From positions 297,972-361,971 of the forward strand of contig JBFPLN010000001.1 of the NCBI GenBank assembly GCA_051971635.1: a DNA stretch of 64,000 nt, read 5' to 3'. Each line of letters starts with the position of its first letter. The first letter of the stretch is position 1. The DNA comes from Candidatus Atelocyanobacterium thalassae (GTDB taxonomy: Bacteria > Cyanobacteriota > Cyanobacteriia > Cyanobacteriales > Microcystaceae). The position numbers and the translations under genes were made by a program. Positions 44,010 through 53,613 of this stretch are shown here, in pieces. The notes beneath the pieces were generated by a model. That model was not told the DNA's origin. It saw only the letters and a program-made list of their open reading frames with translations, and made no database searches.

Positions 44010-44939
44010 CTATTTATTCATTTTTAATTTATTGCAAAAACTGAGTGCAGATTTGAGATTACCTTGATAAGAATCTAAAAGAGGTTGACCATCTTTTGGA
44101 TTAATACCTGTCCAATGATTTAATAGTGCTAATTTTACTTGTTTATTATTACTTTCTAATAATAAAGTTGCATCCTGACGGTTCAAATTAGCTAGTTCTT
44201 GTAAGATACGCAATGCACGATCATAAAGTTTTGAATTTGTTATTGCAACATCGATCATTCGATTTTCGTAAACTTTCCCTAACTTTACCATTACTCCAGT
44301 TGATATGATATTTAGTGCCATTTTAGTTGCCGTTCCTGCCTTCAAACGAGTAGATCCTGCCAGTATTTCAGGACCTGTTAATAATCTAATATTGATATCA
44401 ACGTTTATTGGGACTTGCTCTATGGGGACACAACTAATAGCAACTGTAGTTGATAATTCTTTTTTTGCAGCATTTAAAGCTCCATGAACAAAAGGAGTTG
44501 TTCCTCCAGCACTAATTCCTACTACTATATCTTTATTTGTTATGTTTCTTTGAATTATCTCTTCTTCTCCATCTTGAAAACTATCTTCTAAATTTTCTGA
44601 GCTTTTTGTTAAGGCAGAATTTCCACCTGCTATGATACCTTGTACTAACTCTGGACTAGTGCAAAAAGTTGGAGGACATTCTGCTGCATCTAGGACTCCT
44701 AATCTACCGCTTGTTCCCGCTCCAATATAGAATAACCTTCCTCCATTTTTTAGTGCTTGGCTAATAACTTCAATAGATTTAGCTAATTCTAGTCGTGCTC
44801 TCTTAATAGCTTTAACTGTATTAATGTCTTCTTTATTAAAAAGATCAACCAATTCAATAGAAGTTAGTTGATCTAAATTTTTACTCTCAGAATTGATCTG
44901 TTCAGTTAGAAGGTATCCTCTTTCTTTTATATGTTTCAT
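44010..44939 (-). CDS. murQ: N-acetylmuramic acid 6-phosphate etherase
   Basis: 'GAGTSGRLGVLDAAECPPTF', 'GPEILAGSTRLKAGTA'. Confidence 0.96.
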   Translation of the reverse strand: MKHIKERGYLLTEQINSESKNLDQLTSIELVDLFNKEDINTVKAIKRARLELAKSIEVISQALKNGGRLFYIGAGTSGRLGVLDAAECPPTFCTSPELVQGIIAGGNSALTKSSENLEDSFQDGEEEIIQRNITNKDIVVGISAGGTTPFVHGALNAAKKELSTTVAISCVPIEQVPINVDINIRLLTGPEILAGSTRLKAGTATKMALNIISTGVMVKLGKVYENRMIDVAITNSKLYDRALRILQELANLNRQDATLLLESNNKQVKLALLNHWTGINPKDGQPLLDSYQGNLKSALSFCNKLKMNK

Positions 44940-44945
44940 AATAAG

Positions 44946-45338
44946 TTACAGTAATCCTTCTAGTTGACGACGAATTGTATCTAGCTCTTCAATAGACATT
45001 TGTATTTCATCTCTATTCTTATTGGTGGTCTCTTCGAGATCTTTTTCATTCTTCCATGAAAACCTTTCTACATTTTTTTCGGGCGGAATAGCAAGCTCTT
45101 CATTTGAAATGATTTCCCAATCATAATCAGCTTGCTTACAGAATTCTTTAATTTCATCTGAGTCAAAAGATTCAATTGTTGGTACTGGAAAATCTTGGGC
45201 TTCTAGAAGTAAAGAATAGCGCATAGCATCATCTTCAGACTCAAACATTAATATTTTATTGCGATCGCCTATCTGTACTGTATGAATAGCTTCATTTTCA
45301 GTACGAACATTAAAAAGTAAGGCATATATCTTACTCAT
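44946..45338 (-). CDS. DUF3110 family protein
   Basis: 'LMFESEDDAMRYSLLLEAQDFP', 'IRRQLEGLL'. Confidence 0.85.
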   Translation of the reverse strand: MSKIYALLFNVRTENEAIHTVQIGDRNKILMFESEDDAMRYSLLLEAQDFPVPTIESFDSDEIKEFCKQADYDWEIISNEELAIPPEKNVERFSWKNEKDLEETTNKNRDEIQMSIEELDTIRRQLEGLL

Positions 45339-45895
45339 TATTTTTCTCCTTAACTATATAGCAACAATATTATTTAAATATTTTAATTTAAAAACTTTTA
45401 ACTGGTATTAGTTACATAGAATGAATATTAATAACGGCATAAATGAGCCCATAAATAATAACTTTTTATATTACAAATTAATTTAATCGTATTGTAATCT
45501 GTATTAAGTTAGTTATTTTTAAATATATATATTTTATTCTTTAAGTGAAAGGATATTTTACTTGTAACAGAAAACTCGTATTGGTATAGAATAAGTTATC
45601 CTAATAAAGTTTATATTTTTCAGGCCAATTTGAAATAATCTCAAGAGACTATATTTGGCTAAAGATTAAACATACTTTAAACATAAAATTACTTTTGCAT
45701 TGTATTTATTCGTAAAAATATAATATCAAAAAGAATAACTATTAAATTACTCATATATATTTAAAATAGATTTATTATTTTGTGAAAGTAAGCTGTTAGT
45801 AGGTTCTTCAATTATAAAGTAATAATATAATTGTCAACTTTGAACAGATTTGTTAAGTCACTACAAGTATATTTGTAAGTAAGGTATATAGGCAG

Positions 45896-46029
45896 AGAGA
45901 ACGCTTTGAAAGCCATCAAGTGTGGTGTGAGGTAGTTAAAGTCCCTTGAACTAATTTAGTTTAGGGCAAATTAAACAAAATATAGCAGTTTATTTTTAGC
46001 ACTGCTCCTTACACTTTTTGGAGATCAAA
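45896..46029 (+). promoter_or_regulatory. Putative structured 5' leader of the COP23-like gene with a Yfr1-complementary site
   Basis: GC-enriched block with AGTGTGGTGTGAGG-T-AGT (45919-45936), hairpins CCCT..AGGG and AGCAGT/ACTGCT, and CTCC (46005-8) complementary to SD GGAG (46020-23). The 5' end is guessed from TATATA at about 45885. Confidence 0.5.
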
Positions 46030-46743
46030 ATGGTTAATATTTCAACAAAGTTTATTGCTTTCGGTACATTGGTTACTGTTGGTATGTTTAGTTCAGTTTC
46101 CGAAGTACAAGCTCAACATTTTAAGTATCCAGAAACTAGAATGGTTGGTGAAGGATCTCCTTCTACAGTTGAATGGAGTAGCAATCCTGGTCCTCGTGCT
46201 TTTGAACGTAAGATTCAAAAAGTAGCTTTTGAATGTATTCCTCAAGCAGATGGATCTTATATTACCGAGGAAAAAGTAGTAGAGATCACATTTAATCCCG
46301 CCAAATATCCTATATATGTAGAGAATGATCTTTCTTCTCAATATGTTGCTTTTGGAGAATTGACCGGAATGCCTATGATTCAGTGGACAGAAGATCGTCC
46401 TTCTAATCATAAAGATGGACTTTACACCGCTGAAAGCAGATGTCAGACTGTTAGTGCACGTTTAACGAATCTTGCCTATTCTTTTGGTGCTACTACACCT
46501 GTTGAAGTTGCCCAGGAATTTAATACTAGAATGGCTGTCGGCAAAATTAATGGAGAAAGAGTAATCTTCATTTCTAACAAGCCTCAAAAAGCTTCTACCG
46601 AGAATGTTGTCTTTACATTAAAACCTCAAAATGGAAACACATTTGCTGCTTCCCAAAGGGCTCTTGCCCAATTCCAAAATTCTATATCGGGAAGTATTGG
46701 TGGAGCAGGAAATCCTGGAGAACTACCCCCTATCGTAGAATAG
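46030..46743 (+). CDS. Secreted COP23-domain-like protein
   Basis: ATG at 46030, 6 nt after GGAG (track uses TTG 46018); signal peptide ending 'VQA'; 'YTAESRCQTVSARL', 'GKINGERVI', 'VVFTL' resemble the COP23 family pattern. Confidence 0.65.
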   Translation: MVNISTKFIAFGTLVTVGMFSSVSEVQAQHFKYPETRMVGEGSPSTVEWSSNPGPRAFERKIQKVAFECIPQADGSYITEEKVVEITFNPAKYPIYVENDLSSQYVAFGELTGMPMIQWTEDRPSNHKDGLYTAESRCQTVSARLTNLAYSFGATTPVEVAQEFNTRMAVGKINGERVIFISNKPQKASTENVVFTLKPQNGNTFAASQRALAQFQNSISGSIGGAGNPGELPPIVE

Positions 46744-46794
46744 TTTTTTTAAACTAAGAATAATATTCATAAATATCATTTCTTTTTTTATTAT

Positions 46795-46830
46795 CTAGAG
46801 AGTTTATAAAATAATAACTCTCTAGTTTTT
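46795..46830 (+). terminator. Intrinsic terminator after the COP23-like gene
   Basis: CTAGAGAGTT / AACTCTCTAG followed by TTTTT. Confidence 0.7.
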
Positions 46831-46953
46831 ATTTTTAAAAAAATTAGTAAAAAGATTTTTAAATAATATTAATTAAATATAAATGTAATACTCTATTTAT
46901 GAGTGTAAATTAAAATAGTTTTTAATTTACACTATTTATACAGAAATTTTTTT

Positions 46954-48393
46954 ATGGAGAGTCTTGTGCCTAATAAGTTAAATCATCCTTTTTCATGGAT
47001 TGTAATCCTGATAACAGGAGGAATAATGTTTATTGGAGGTTTAACCTACAAAATTGCCAAAACTTCTATCTTAAAAAGTAATATTCACAATATAGTTACT
47101 GTTGCTAAACAAGAAAATTTGATTACTAGTATAGAAGTTGATGGTATATTAGAACCTATAGAAAGTATTGATATTAGTCCTAAATATCCAGGTAGGTTAG
47201 TTCAATTACTTACGCAACAAGGGAAGAGGGTTAAGCAAGGACAAATATTAGCGTTAATGGAACGTGCAGAAATAAGAGCTGAAGGAAAAATAGCTGAAGC
47301 GAAGTATAGTCAATCTTTAGCTGAAATGGAAGCAGCTAAAATAAGTATTCCCAGTGAAATTCAGAAAGCACAAACTCAACACATCAAATTAGAAGCTAGA
47401 TTAGAAGAAATTAGAACTAGATTAGAACAGATAAGTAAGACAATTCCCAAGAAAGTTGAACAATTTAAAATAGAGTTAGTTTCATCTCAATCGAATTTAC
47501 AATTAGCTACTTCTCGAATGAAACGAAGTGAGGAACTACTAAAAGAAGGAGTTATTACTCAAGATGATTTTGATAAGCTTTTAAATGATTATCACAAAGC
47601 TAAAGCAATCTTTCTCAAAAACGAAACATTTTTGAAACAAATTACTAGTTCGCAAAATTTAGAAATCAATCAATTAAGACAAGAGGCTTTACAAGTTAAA
47701 GCAGAAGTTGCTGAAGCACAAATTACTGTTGAGGAGCGTAAAAAAATAGCAAAAAACGAATTTTCTCGCTTAGGATCTTTAATTAATGAATCTAAAGCCC
47801 AGTTAGAACGAGTTGTTATTAAATTTGAAGATACTGCTATTCGTGCGCCTTTTGATGGTCTTGTAGTTAGGCAATATGCTAAGCCAGGAGAATTTATTAA
47901 TCCTATTTCGGGCTCCTTAAATTCAGTTGTTTCTTTAGCAAAAGGATTGAAAGTCACTACAGGAATTTTAAAAACTGATATTAATAGAGTAAAGAAAGGA
48001 CAGCGAGTAAATATTACTAGCAATGTTTATCCTGAACAACTGTTTCAAGGACAAGTTACTAAAGTTTTTTCAGAAACAGCTTTAAAAAATAATATAAAAA
48101 CACCTCAAGTAACAATTAAATTAATTACTGGAGAAAATGAACTATCTCCTCAAACTAATTTAAAAGTATCTTTTTTAGAGAAAAACATACCTAATGCTTT
48201 AACTATACCAAATAACACAATCATAACTAAAGAAGGAAAGACAGGTGTTGTACTTATAAATGAATTTAATAACCCTGAATTTCAACCAGTCACACTAGGT
48301 AGAGTTTTGGATAGTAGAACTGAAATAATTTTTGGATTAAATCCAGGGGATAAGCTATTAATCAATTCTTTAAAGAAAATAAATAGTATTTAA
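46954..48393 (+). CDS. HlyD/MFP family periplasmic adaptor
   Basis: N-terminal TM, 'ISPKYPGRL', long coiled coil, 'IRAPFDGLV'. Confidence 0.88.
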   Translation: MESLVPNKLNHPFSWIVILITGGIMFIGGLTYKIAKTSILKSNIHNIVTVAKQENLITSIEVDGILEPIESIDISPKYPGRLVQLLTQQGKRVKQGQILALMERAEIRAEGKIAEAKYSQSLAEMEAAKISIPSEIQKAQTQHIKLEARLEEIRTRLEQISKTIPKKVEQFKIELVSSQSNLQLATSRMKRSEELLKEGVITQDDFDKLLNDYHKAKAIFLKNETFLKQITSSQNLEINQLRQEALQVKAEVAEAQITVEERKKIAKNEFSRLGSLINESKAQLERVVIKFEDTAIRAPFDGLVVRQYAKPGEFINPISGSLNSVVSLAKGLKVTTGILKTDINRVKKGQRVNITSNVYPEQLFQGQVTKVFSETALKNNIKTPQVTIKLITGENELSPQTNLKVSFLEKNIPNALTIPNNTIITKEGKTGVVLINEFNNPEFQPVTLGRVLDSRTEIIFGLNPGDKLLINSLKKINSI

Positions 48394-48524
48394 ACAATAA
48401 CTACTTGTATATTTTTGTAGTTTTAGAAAATAAATAAAGAATTGTTTCCGTTCATATAAATAAATTATTAATAATAGTCAGAAATAGTTTATGCTTTCTT
48501 CAAATTTTATACCCACCAAATTAG

Positions 48525-48540
48525 GTTCGGGAAACTACAC
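48525..48540 (+). promoter_or_regulatory. K-box upstream of dnaK
   Basis: GTTCGG-GAAA-CTACAC, one mismatch to GTTCGG-NNAN-CCNNAC described for cyanobacterial groESL1/dnaK2 promoters. Confidence 0.65.
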
Positions 48541-48666
48541 TATCCTAGATCCCCTAAACCCCGTCAACATATATATAGGTAATTGATATTAAAGAAAACC
48601 TATTTTTAATAGTTTAAGCTAAATATCAGCTTTGAATAAATTTTATAAAAATTAAGGAGTCAAAAT

Positions 48667-50580
48667 ATGGGAAAAGTCGTTGGAATTGATTTAGGAACTA
48701 CTAACTCTTGCGTTGCAGTAATGGAAGGTGGAAAACCAACTGTAATTGCCAATGCAGAAGGTTTTCGTACTACTCCTTCCGTAGTTGCTTATACAAAAGG
48801 TGGTGATCGTTTAGTAGGTCAAATTGCTAAACGTCAAGCAGTAATGAATCCAGAAAATACATTTTATTCGGTTAAACGTTTTATAGGCCGTAAACATAAT
48901 GAATTAAGTACCGGCTCTAGTGATGTATCATATAATATCGCAAAAGATGCAAATGGTAATGTTAAGCTAGAATGCTCTGCTCAAGGCAAACAATTCTCTG
49001 CTGAGGAAATATCAGCTCAAGTTTTACGTAAATTAGTTGAAGATGCAAGTAAATATCTTGGAGAAAAAGTAACTGAAGCAGTAATAACTGTTCCTGCTTA
49101 TTTTAATGATTCTCAACGTCAGGCAACAAAAGATGCAGGAAAAATTGCTGGTATTGAAGTCAAACGTATTATCAATGAACCTACAGCCGCATCTCTGGCT
49201 TATGGTCTAGATAAGAAAAGTAATGAAACTATCTTGGTTTTTGACTTAGGTGGTGGAACTTTTGATGTATCCGTTTTGGAAGTTGGAGATGGTGTGTTTG
49301 AAGTATTATCTACTTCTGGTGATACTCATCTAGGGGGAGATGATTTTGACAAAAAAATAGTTGATCATCTAGCTGGTACATTTGAAAAAAATGAAGGTAT
49401 TGATCTTCGTAAAGATAAACAAGCTCTGCAGCGTTTAACAGAAGCGGCAGAAAAAGCTAAGATCGAGTTATCTGGAGTTACTCAAAGCGAAATTAATCTT
49501 CCTTTTATTACAGCTACACAAGAAGGACCAAAGCATCTCGATATAACTCTTACAAGAGCACAATTTGAAGAACTTTGTTCTGATCTAATTGATCGTTCTC
49601 GTACTCCTGTGGAGAAAGCAATGAAAGATGCAAAACTAACTAAAGATGATATCCATGAAGTCGTTCTAGTGGGAGGTTCTACACGTATTCCTGCAGTTCA
49701 AGAGTTGGTAAAAAAAATCTTAGGAAAGGATCCCAATAAAGGAGTTAATCCAGATGAAGTCGTAGCTATGGGAGCTGCTATTCAGGGAGGAGTCTTAGCA
49801 GGAGAAGTTAAAGATATTTTACTTCTTGATGTTACTCCGTTATCACTTGGAGTAGAAACTTTAGGTGGTGTAATGACAAAAATTATTCCTCGTAATACGA
49901 CTATTCCAACAAAAAAATCTGAGGTTTTTTCTACTGCAGTTGATAGTCAAAGTAACGTAGAAATTCATGTACTTCAAGGAGAACGTGAAATGGCTAAAGA
50001 TAATAAAGATTTAGGTTTATTCCGCCTTGACGGAATTCCTCCAGCACCTCGTGGTGTTCCTCAAATCGAAGTAACTTTTGATATCGATGCGAATGGTATT
50101 CTTAATGTAACAGCTAAGGATAAAGGGACTGGGAAAGAGCAGTCAATAAGTATTACTGGAGCTTCTACTTTACCAGACAAAGAAGTTGACAGAATGGTTA
50201 AAGAAGCTGAGGATAATGCAAATGAAGACAAAGAACGTAGAGAAAAAATTGATCGTAAAAATCAAGCTGACTCATTAGTATACCAGGCTGATAAGCAACT
50301 CAAAGAGCTAGAGGATAAAATATCAGCTGATGATAAAACCAAAGCTGAAGAACTGGTCAAGCAATTAAAAGAAGCAATTGCTGAAGATAATGACGACAAT
50401 ATAAAATCATTAACTGAAGAATTACAACAGCTTCTTTACAGTATTGGTACAAGTGTTTATCAGCAATCAGAATCAGATTCTAATACTCCAGATTCTCATG
50501 ATTCTTCTGATGCAAATTCAGAAGATGTTTCTGATACTGGCGATGACGTAATAGATGCTGAATTCTCAGAATCCAAATAG
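48667..50580 (+). CDS. dnaK: Chaperone DnaK (DnaK2-like)
   Basis: 'GIDLGTTNS', '[10 protein letters not shown]', C-terminal 'DVIDAEF'; SD AAGGAG. Confidence 0.98.
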   Translation: MGKVVGIDLGTTNSCVAVMEGGKPTVIANAEGFRTTPSVVAYTKGGDRLVGQIAKRQAVMNPENTFYSVKRFIGRKHNELSTGSSDVSYNIAKDANGNVKLECSAQGKQFSAEEISAQVLRKLVEDASKYLGEKVTEAVITVPAYFNDSQRQATKDAGKIAGIEVKRIINEPTAASLAYGLDKKSNETILVFDLGGGTFDVSVLEVGDGVFEVLSTSGDTHLGGDDFDKKIVDHLAGTFEKNEGIDLRKDKQALQRLTEAAEKAKIELSGVTQSEINLPFITATQEGPKHLDITLTRAQFEELCSDLIDRSRTPVEKAMKDAKLTKDDIHEVVLVGGSTRIPAVQELVKKILGKDPNKGVNPDEVVAMGAAIQGGVLAGEVKDILLLDVTPLSLGVETLGGVMTKIIPRNTTIPTKKSEVFSTAVDSQSNVEIHVLQGEREMAKDNKDLGLFRLDGIPPAPRGVPQIEVTFDIDANGILNVTAKDKGTGKEQSISITGASTLPDKEVDRMVKEAEDNANEDKERREKIDRKNQADSLVYQADKQLKELEDKISADDKTKAEELVKQLKEAIAEDNDDNIKSLTEELQQLLYSIGTSVYQQSESDSNTPDSHDSSDANSEDVSDTGDDVIDAEFSESK

Positions 50581-50608
50581 TTTTAAAATATTTATAACTA
50601 TAAATTAA

Positions 50609-50692
50609 TAAAAAGTTACAAATAACTTAGTAACTTTTTAATAGCTTTATTCTTTAACCAATAACATAGTTTAAAATTGGTTAAAGAATAAA
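50609..50692 (+). terminator. Two tandem hairpins after dnaK
   Basis: TAAAAAGTTAC/GTAACTTTTTA (50609-50640) and TTTATTCTTTAACCAAT/ATTGGTTAAAGAATAAA (50646-50692). Confidence 0.6.
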
Positions 50693-50946
50693 TATTATAG
50701 TAATTAGTTGGATGACAATAGACTATTAGCTTATATTCTTACTTATCTTATTAAAGATAAGAAAAATATAGAGTAACTGATATAAAACAGAATAATAAAG
50801 TGATAATCTTAGCTTAAATAATCTTTTCAAAGAAAATATTCTCCATATTATTTTTTATATACTAAGTCCAAAACTTTCTTGTCAGAAATTGTTGACTTTT
50901 TCTAAAAAAAAGTCTTAACTTTAACAAGTTGCTAAGGATAAAATAT

Positions 50947-51777
50947 ATGACAATTGAATCACCCATTCCTGTTATTGTTAATGGCGCTGGAGGAAAAATG
51001 GGACGTGAAGTAATTAAACACGTTACCCAATCAGAAGACATGGTATTAATAGGTGCTGTAGATGTAAATCCTGATTATCTTGGAAAAGATGTTGGAGAAT
51101 TAGCTGGAATCGAAACCTTGGAAATTCCTATCGTTGATGATCTAGAAAGTATATTGATAACAGCAACCCAGGAAAAAGTGCAAGGAGTTATGGTTGATTT
51201 CACTACTCCAAATAACATGTACAATAACATAAGAAGTGCAATTGCCTATGGAGTACGTCCTGTTGTAGGAACTACAGGAGGCTTAACAAATGAACAGTTG
51301 AAAGACTTAGAAGAATTCGCAGAGAAAGCAAGTACTGGATGCTTAATTATTCCTAACTTCTCTATAGGTATAGTGTTACTCCAAAAAGCTGCTATAGAAG
51401 CTTCAAAATATTTTGATAATGTTGAAATAATTGAATCTCATCATAATCATAAGGTAGATGCTCCAAGCGGTACTGCAATCCAAACAGCTCAGATGTTATC
51501 TAGTTCTGAAAAAATTTATAATACTTCTTCTGTAGAAGAAACAGAAACTATAAAATCTTCTAGAGGTTGCTTAGCATCTAATAATATTAGAATACATAGT
51601 GTACGCTTACCTGGTTTAATTGCTCACCAAGAAGTAATCTTTGGCTCAGAGGGACAAGTTTACACTCTCCGTCATGATACTAGTGATAGATCCTGCTATA
51701 TGCCAGGTATATTAATTGCTATTAGACAAGTAACTCGATTAAAGTCTTTAGTCTACGGATTAGATAAAATTCTTTAG
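50947..51777 (+). CDS. dapB: 4-hydroxy-tetrahydrodipicolinate reductase
   Basis: 'GAGGKMG', 'VVGTTG', 'PNFSIG', '[15 protein letters not shown]'; ATG 50947 preferred to TTG 50929. Confidence 0.96.
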   Translation: MTIESPIPVIVNGAGGKMGREVIKHVTQSEDMVLIGAVDVNPDYLGKDVGELAGIETLEIPIVDDLESILITATQEKVQGVMVDFTTPNNMYNNIRSAIAYGVRPVVGTTGGLTNEQLKDLEEFAEKASTGCLIIPNFSIGIVLLQKAAIEASKYFDNVEIIESHHNHKVDAPSGTAIQTAQMLSSSEKIYNTSSVEETETIKSSRGCLASNNIRIHSVRLPGLIAHQEVIFGSEGQVYTLRHDTSDRSCYMPGILIAIRQVTRLKSLVYGLDKIL

Positions 51778-51846
51778 ATCAGACTTGAATTAATATCTAA
51801 AAAATCACATCTCTATTCACGATTAAGTATAAGAAATTAATCTTCC

Positions 51847-52998
51847 TTAAATAAAATTTTGCTTTAAACCAGACAAAGTAATACTTTTTTCTATTTTACT
51901 TAATCCCTTTCCTTGAATGCACACTTTAAAACGTCCTAGTCCTCTAGGATCTATTAATTGATGAAGGCTATCTCTCTTGGCTAATACATCTGATAAGGTA
52001 TATTTATTAGAGGATAAATCAGCTAACCGTTCACCGATTCCTAAACTAATCAAAAATAACTCTTGTTGAGTTATTCCAAGCATTTCCAATCCTAGTAAAT
52101 TTCCTTGCATTTCTATAGCTGAGAAATCTACATGAGCAGTTATATCTTGATATCCAAGATTAATATAAGGATTACAATGATATCGATGTTGATAATAGCA
52201 ACTTAGGGTGCCTTGATATCGTTGAGGATGATAATATTTGGAAGCAATATAACCATAGTCAATCGTGACTAAATATCCTTTTCTAATTTTATTTGATACA
52301 GTTTTTAACCAGTCCAAAGCTTTTAAATTAACTTCTGTTCTGTAATTTTCCGGATAATGTTGAGTAGTTAAATCTACATTAATTAACTGAAAATAATCTA
52401 GTAGTTTAGAAGTTGATAATTCTTGAATAACTTCTTGAATATTATTATCTTTGATAGTAACGTAAATCTCTTTTAGTTTATGATTTTGAACTATAATTTG
52501 GTGTACTGGAAACGCATCTATCAATTCATTACTAAAGATACATCCAAATATTGAGTTATTCGGAATTTCTTCCCAAGAACTCCATGTTATTTTATCGATG
52601 TACTCTAATTTTTTTTTCTGTTCTTTTATTAATGTTTTAGATTCTTCGATAATAATATATTCAAGTTTCTGATAAAACTCAGGATATTTTTCTTTTAAGT
52701 ACGTAAGTATATCGGAAGCTAGAGTAGCATAACCTGCACCTACTTCTACTAAAGTAAATTTATCAAAATGACCTAAGATATTAGTCATGTCTTTAAACTG
52801 CTCTGCCAACAACTCTCCAAAATCTTTACCTAGTGAAGATGATGTGAAAAAATCTCCTTTAGAACCAATATTTACCTTTCCGGAACCGTAATACCCCTGT
52901 TGAGGGTCATACAGAACTAGATTCATATAATCAGCAAAAGTTATACGTTTATGAGTAGTTAATTGAATTTGATCATTGATAGTTTCTAATATACTCAT
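51847..52998 (-). CDS. SAM-dependent methyltransferase, MidA/NDUFAF7 family
   Basis: 'FADYMNLVLY', 'GDFFTS', 'SNELIDAFP', 'IDYGY', 'QDITAHVDF'. Confidence 0.9.
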   Translation of the reverse strand: MSILETINDQIQLTTHKRITFADYMNLVLYDPQQGYYGSGKVNIGSKGDFFTSSSLGKDFGELLAEQFKDMTNILGHFDKFTLVEVGAGYATLASDILTYLKEKYPEFYQKLEYIIIEESKTLIKEQKKKLEYIDKITWSSWEEIPNNSIFGCIFSNELIDAFPVHQIIVQNHKLKEIYVTIKDNNIQEVIQELSTSKLLDYFQLINVDLTTQHYPENYRTEVNLKALDWLKTVSNKIRKGYLVTIDYGYIASKYYHPQRYQGTLSCYYQHRYHCNPYINLGYQDITAHVDFSAIEMQGNLLGLEMLGITQQELFLISLGIGERLADLSSNKYTLSDVLAKRDSLHQLIDPRGLGRFKVCIQGKGLSKIEKSITLSGLKQNFI

Positions 52999-53256
52999 TA
53001 TGTTCTTAAAATTGTAATAGAATACTATTCTTTGTAATTAATTGCGTCGTCAAGATCTTAATACTAAATAGTTATTTGAATACTTAATTTAAGATATATC
53101 TTCTTAAGATTTTCTGAATTAAACAATATATTTAATTATGTTAAAACTTTATATAGTTTAATTTTTAATTTGAAAAAAAATTAATATTATGATGCAATTT
53201 AATAGATAAGAGCTATAATTTATTTACCTTCCTAAACTTGAAGTAAAGGAGTTATT

Positions 53257-53466
53257 ATGTTTATTAAAGAATTAGAGCCTATCTTGAAAGAACTTATTCA
53301 GCAACCTCTTGCCTTTACTGGTGGCTTTGCTTCTAGTTTGCTAAGATTAAAGATCACAGATGATCCTTTGAAAGGCTGGCTACATAAACAAGGATTTAAT
53401 TCTCATCAGTTTTATGATGATTTTGATAAGAAAAATTCAGGACCTAAAAACATATCAATCGATTAG
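53257..53466 (+). CDS. Small conserved cyanobacterial protein
   Basis: 'QQPLAFTGGFASSLLRL..DDPLKGWL', 'GPKNISID'; SD AAGGAG. Confidence 0.8.
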   Translation: MFIKELEPILKELIQQPLAFTGGFASSLLRLKITDDPLKGWLHKQGFNSHQFYDDFDKKNSGPKNISID

Positions 53467-53613
53467 TATTAACATCGCAATATTTCTTATATAGTGCATT
53501 TTAATATTATCCTTAGATAAATTGTAAAGTTTTTATAAATTCATATTTACCTAATAAGTTAAGTGAGACAGAGTCCTTTCCATAGTGAAAATCTTAGTTC
53601 ATAGTTCGATTTA

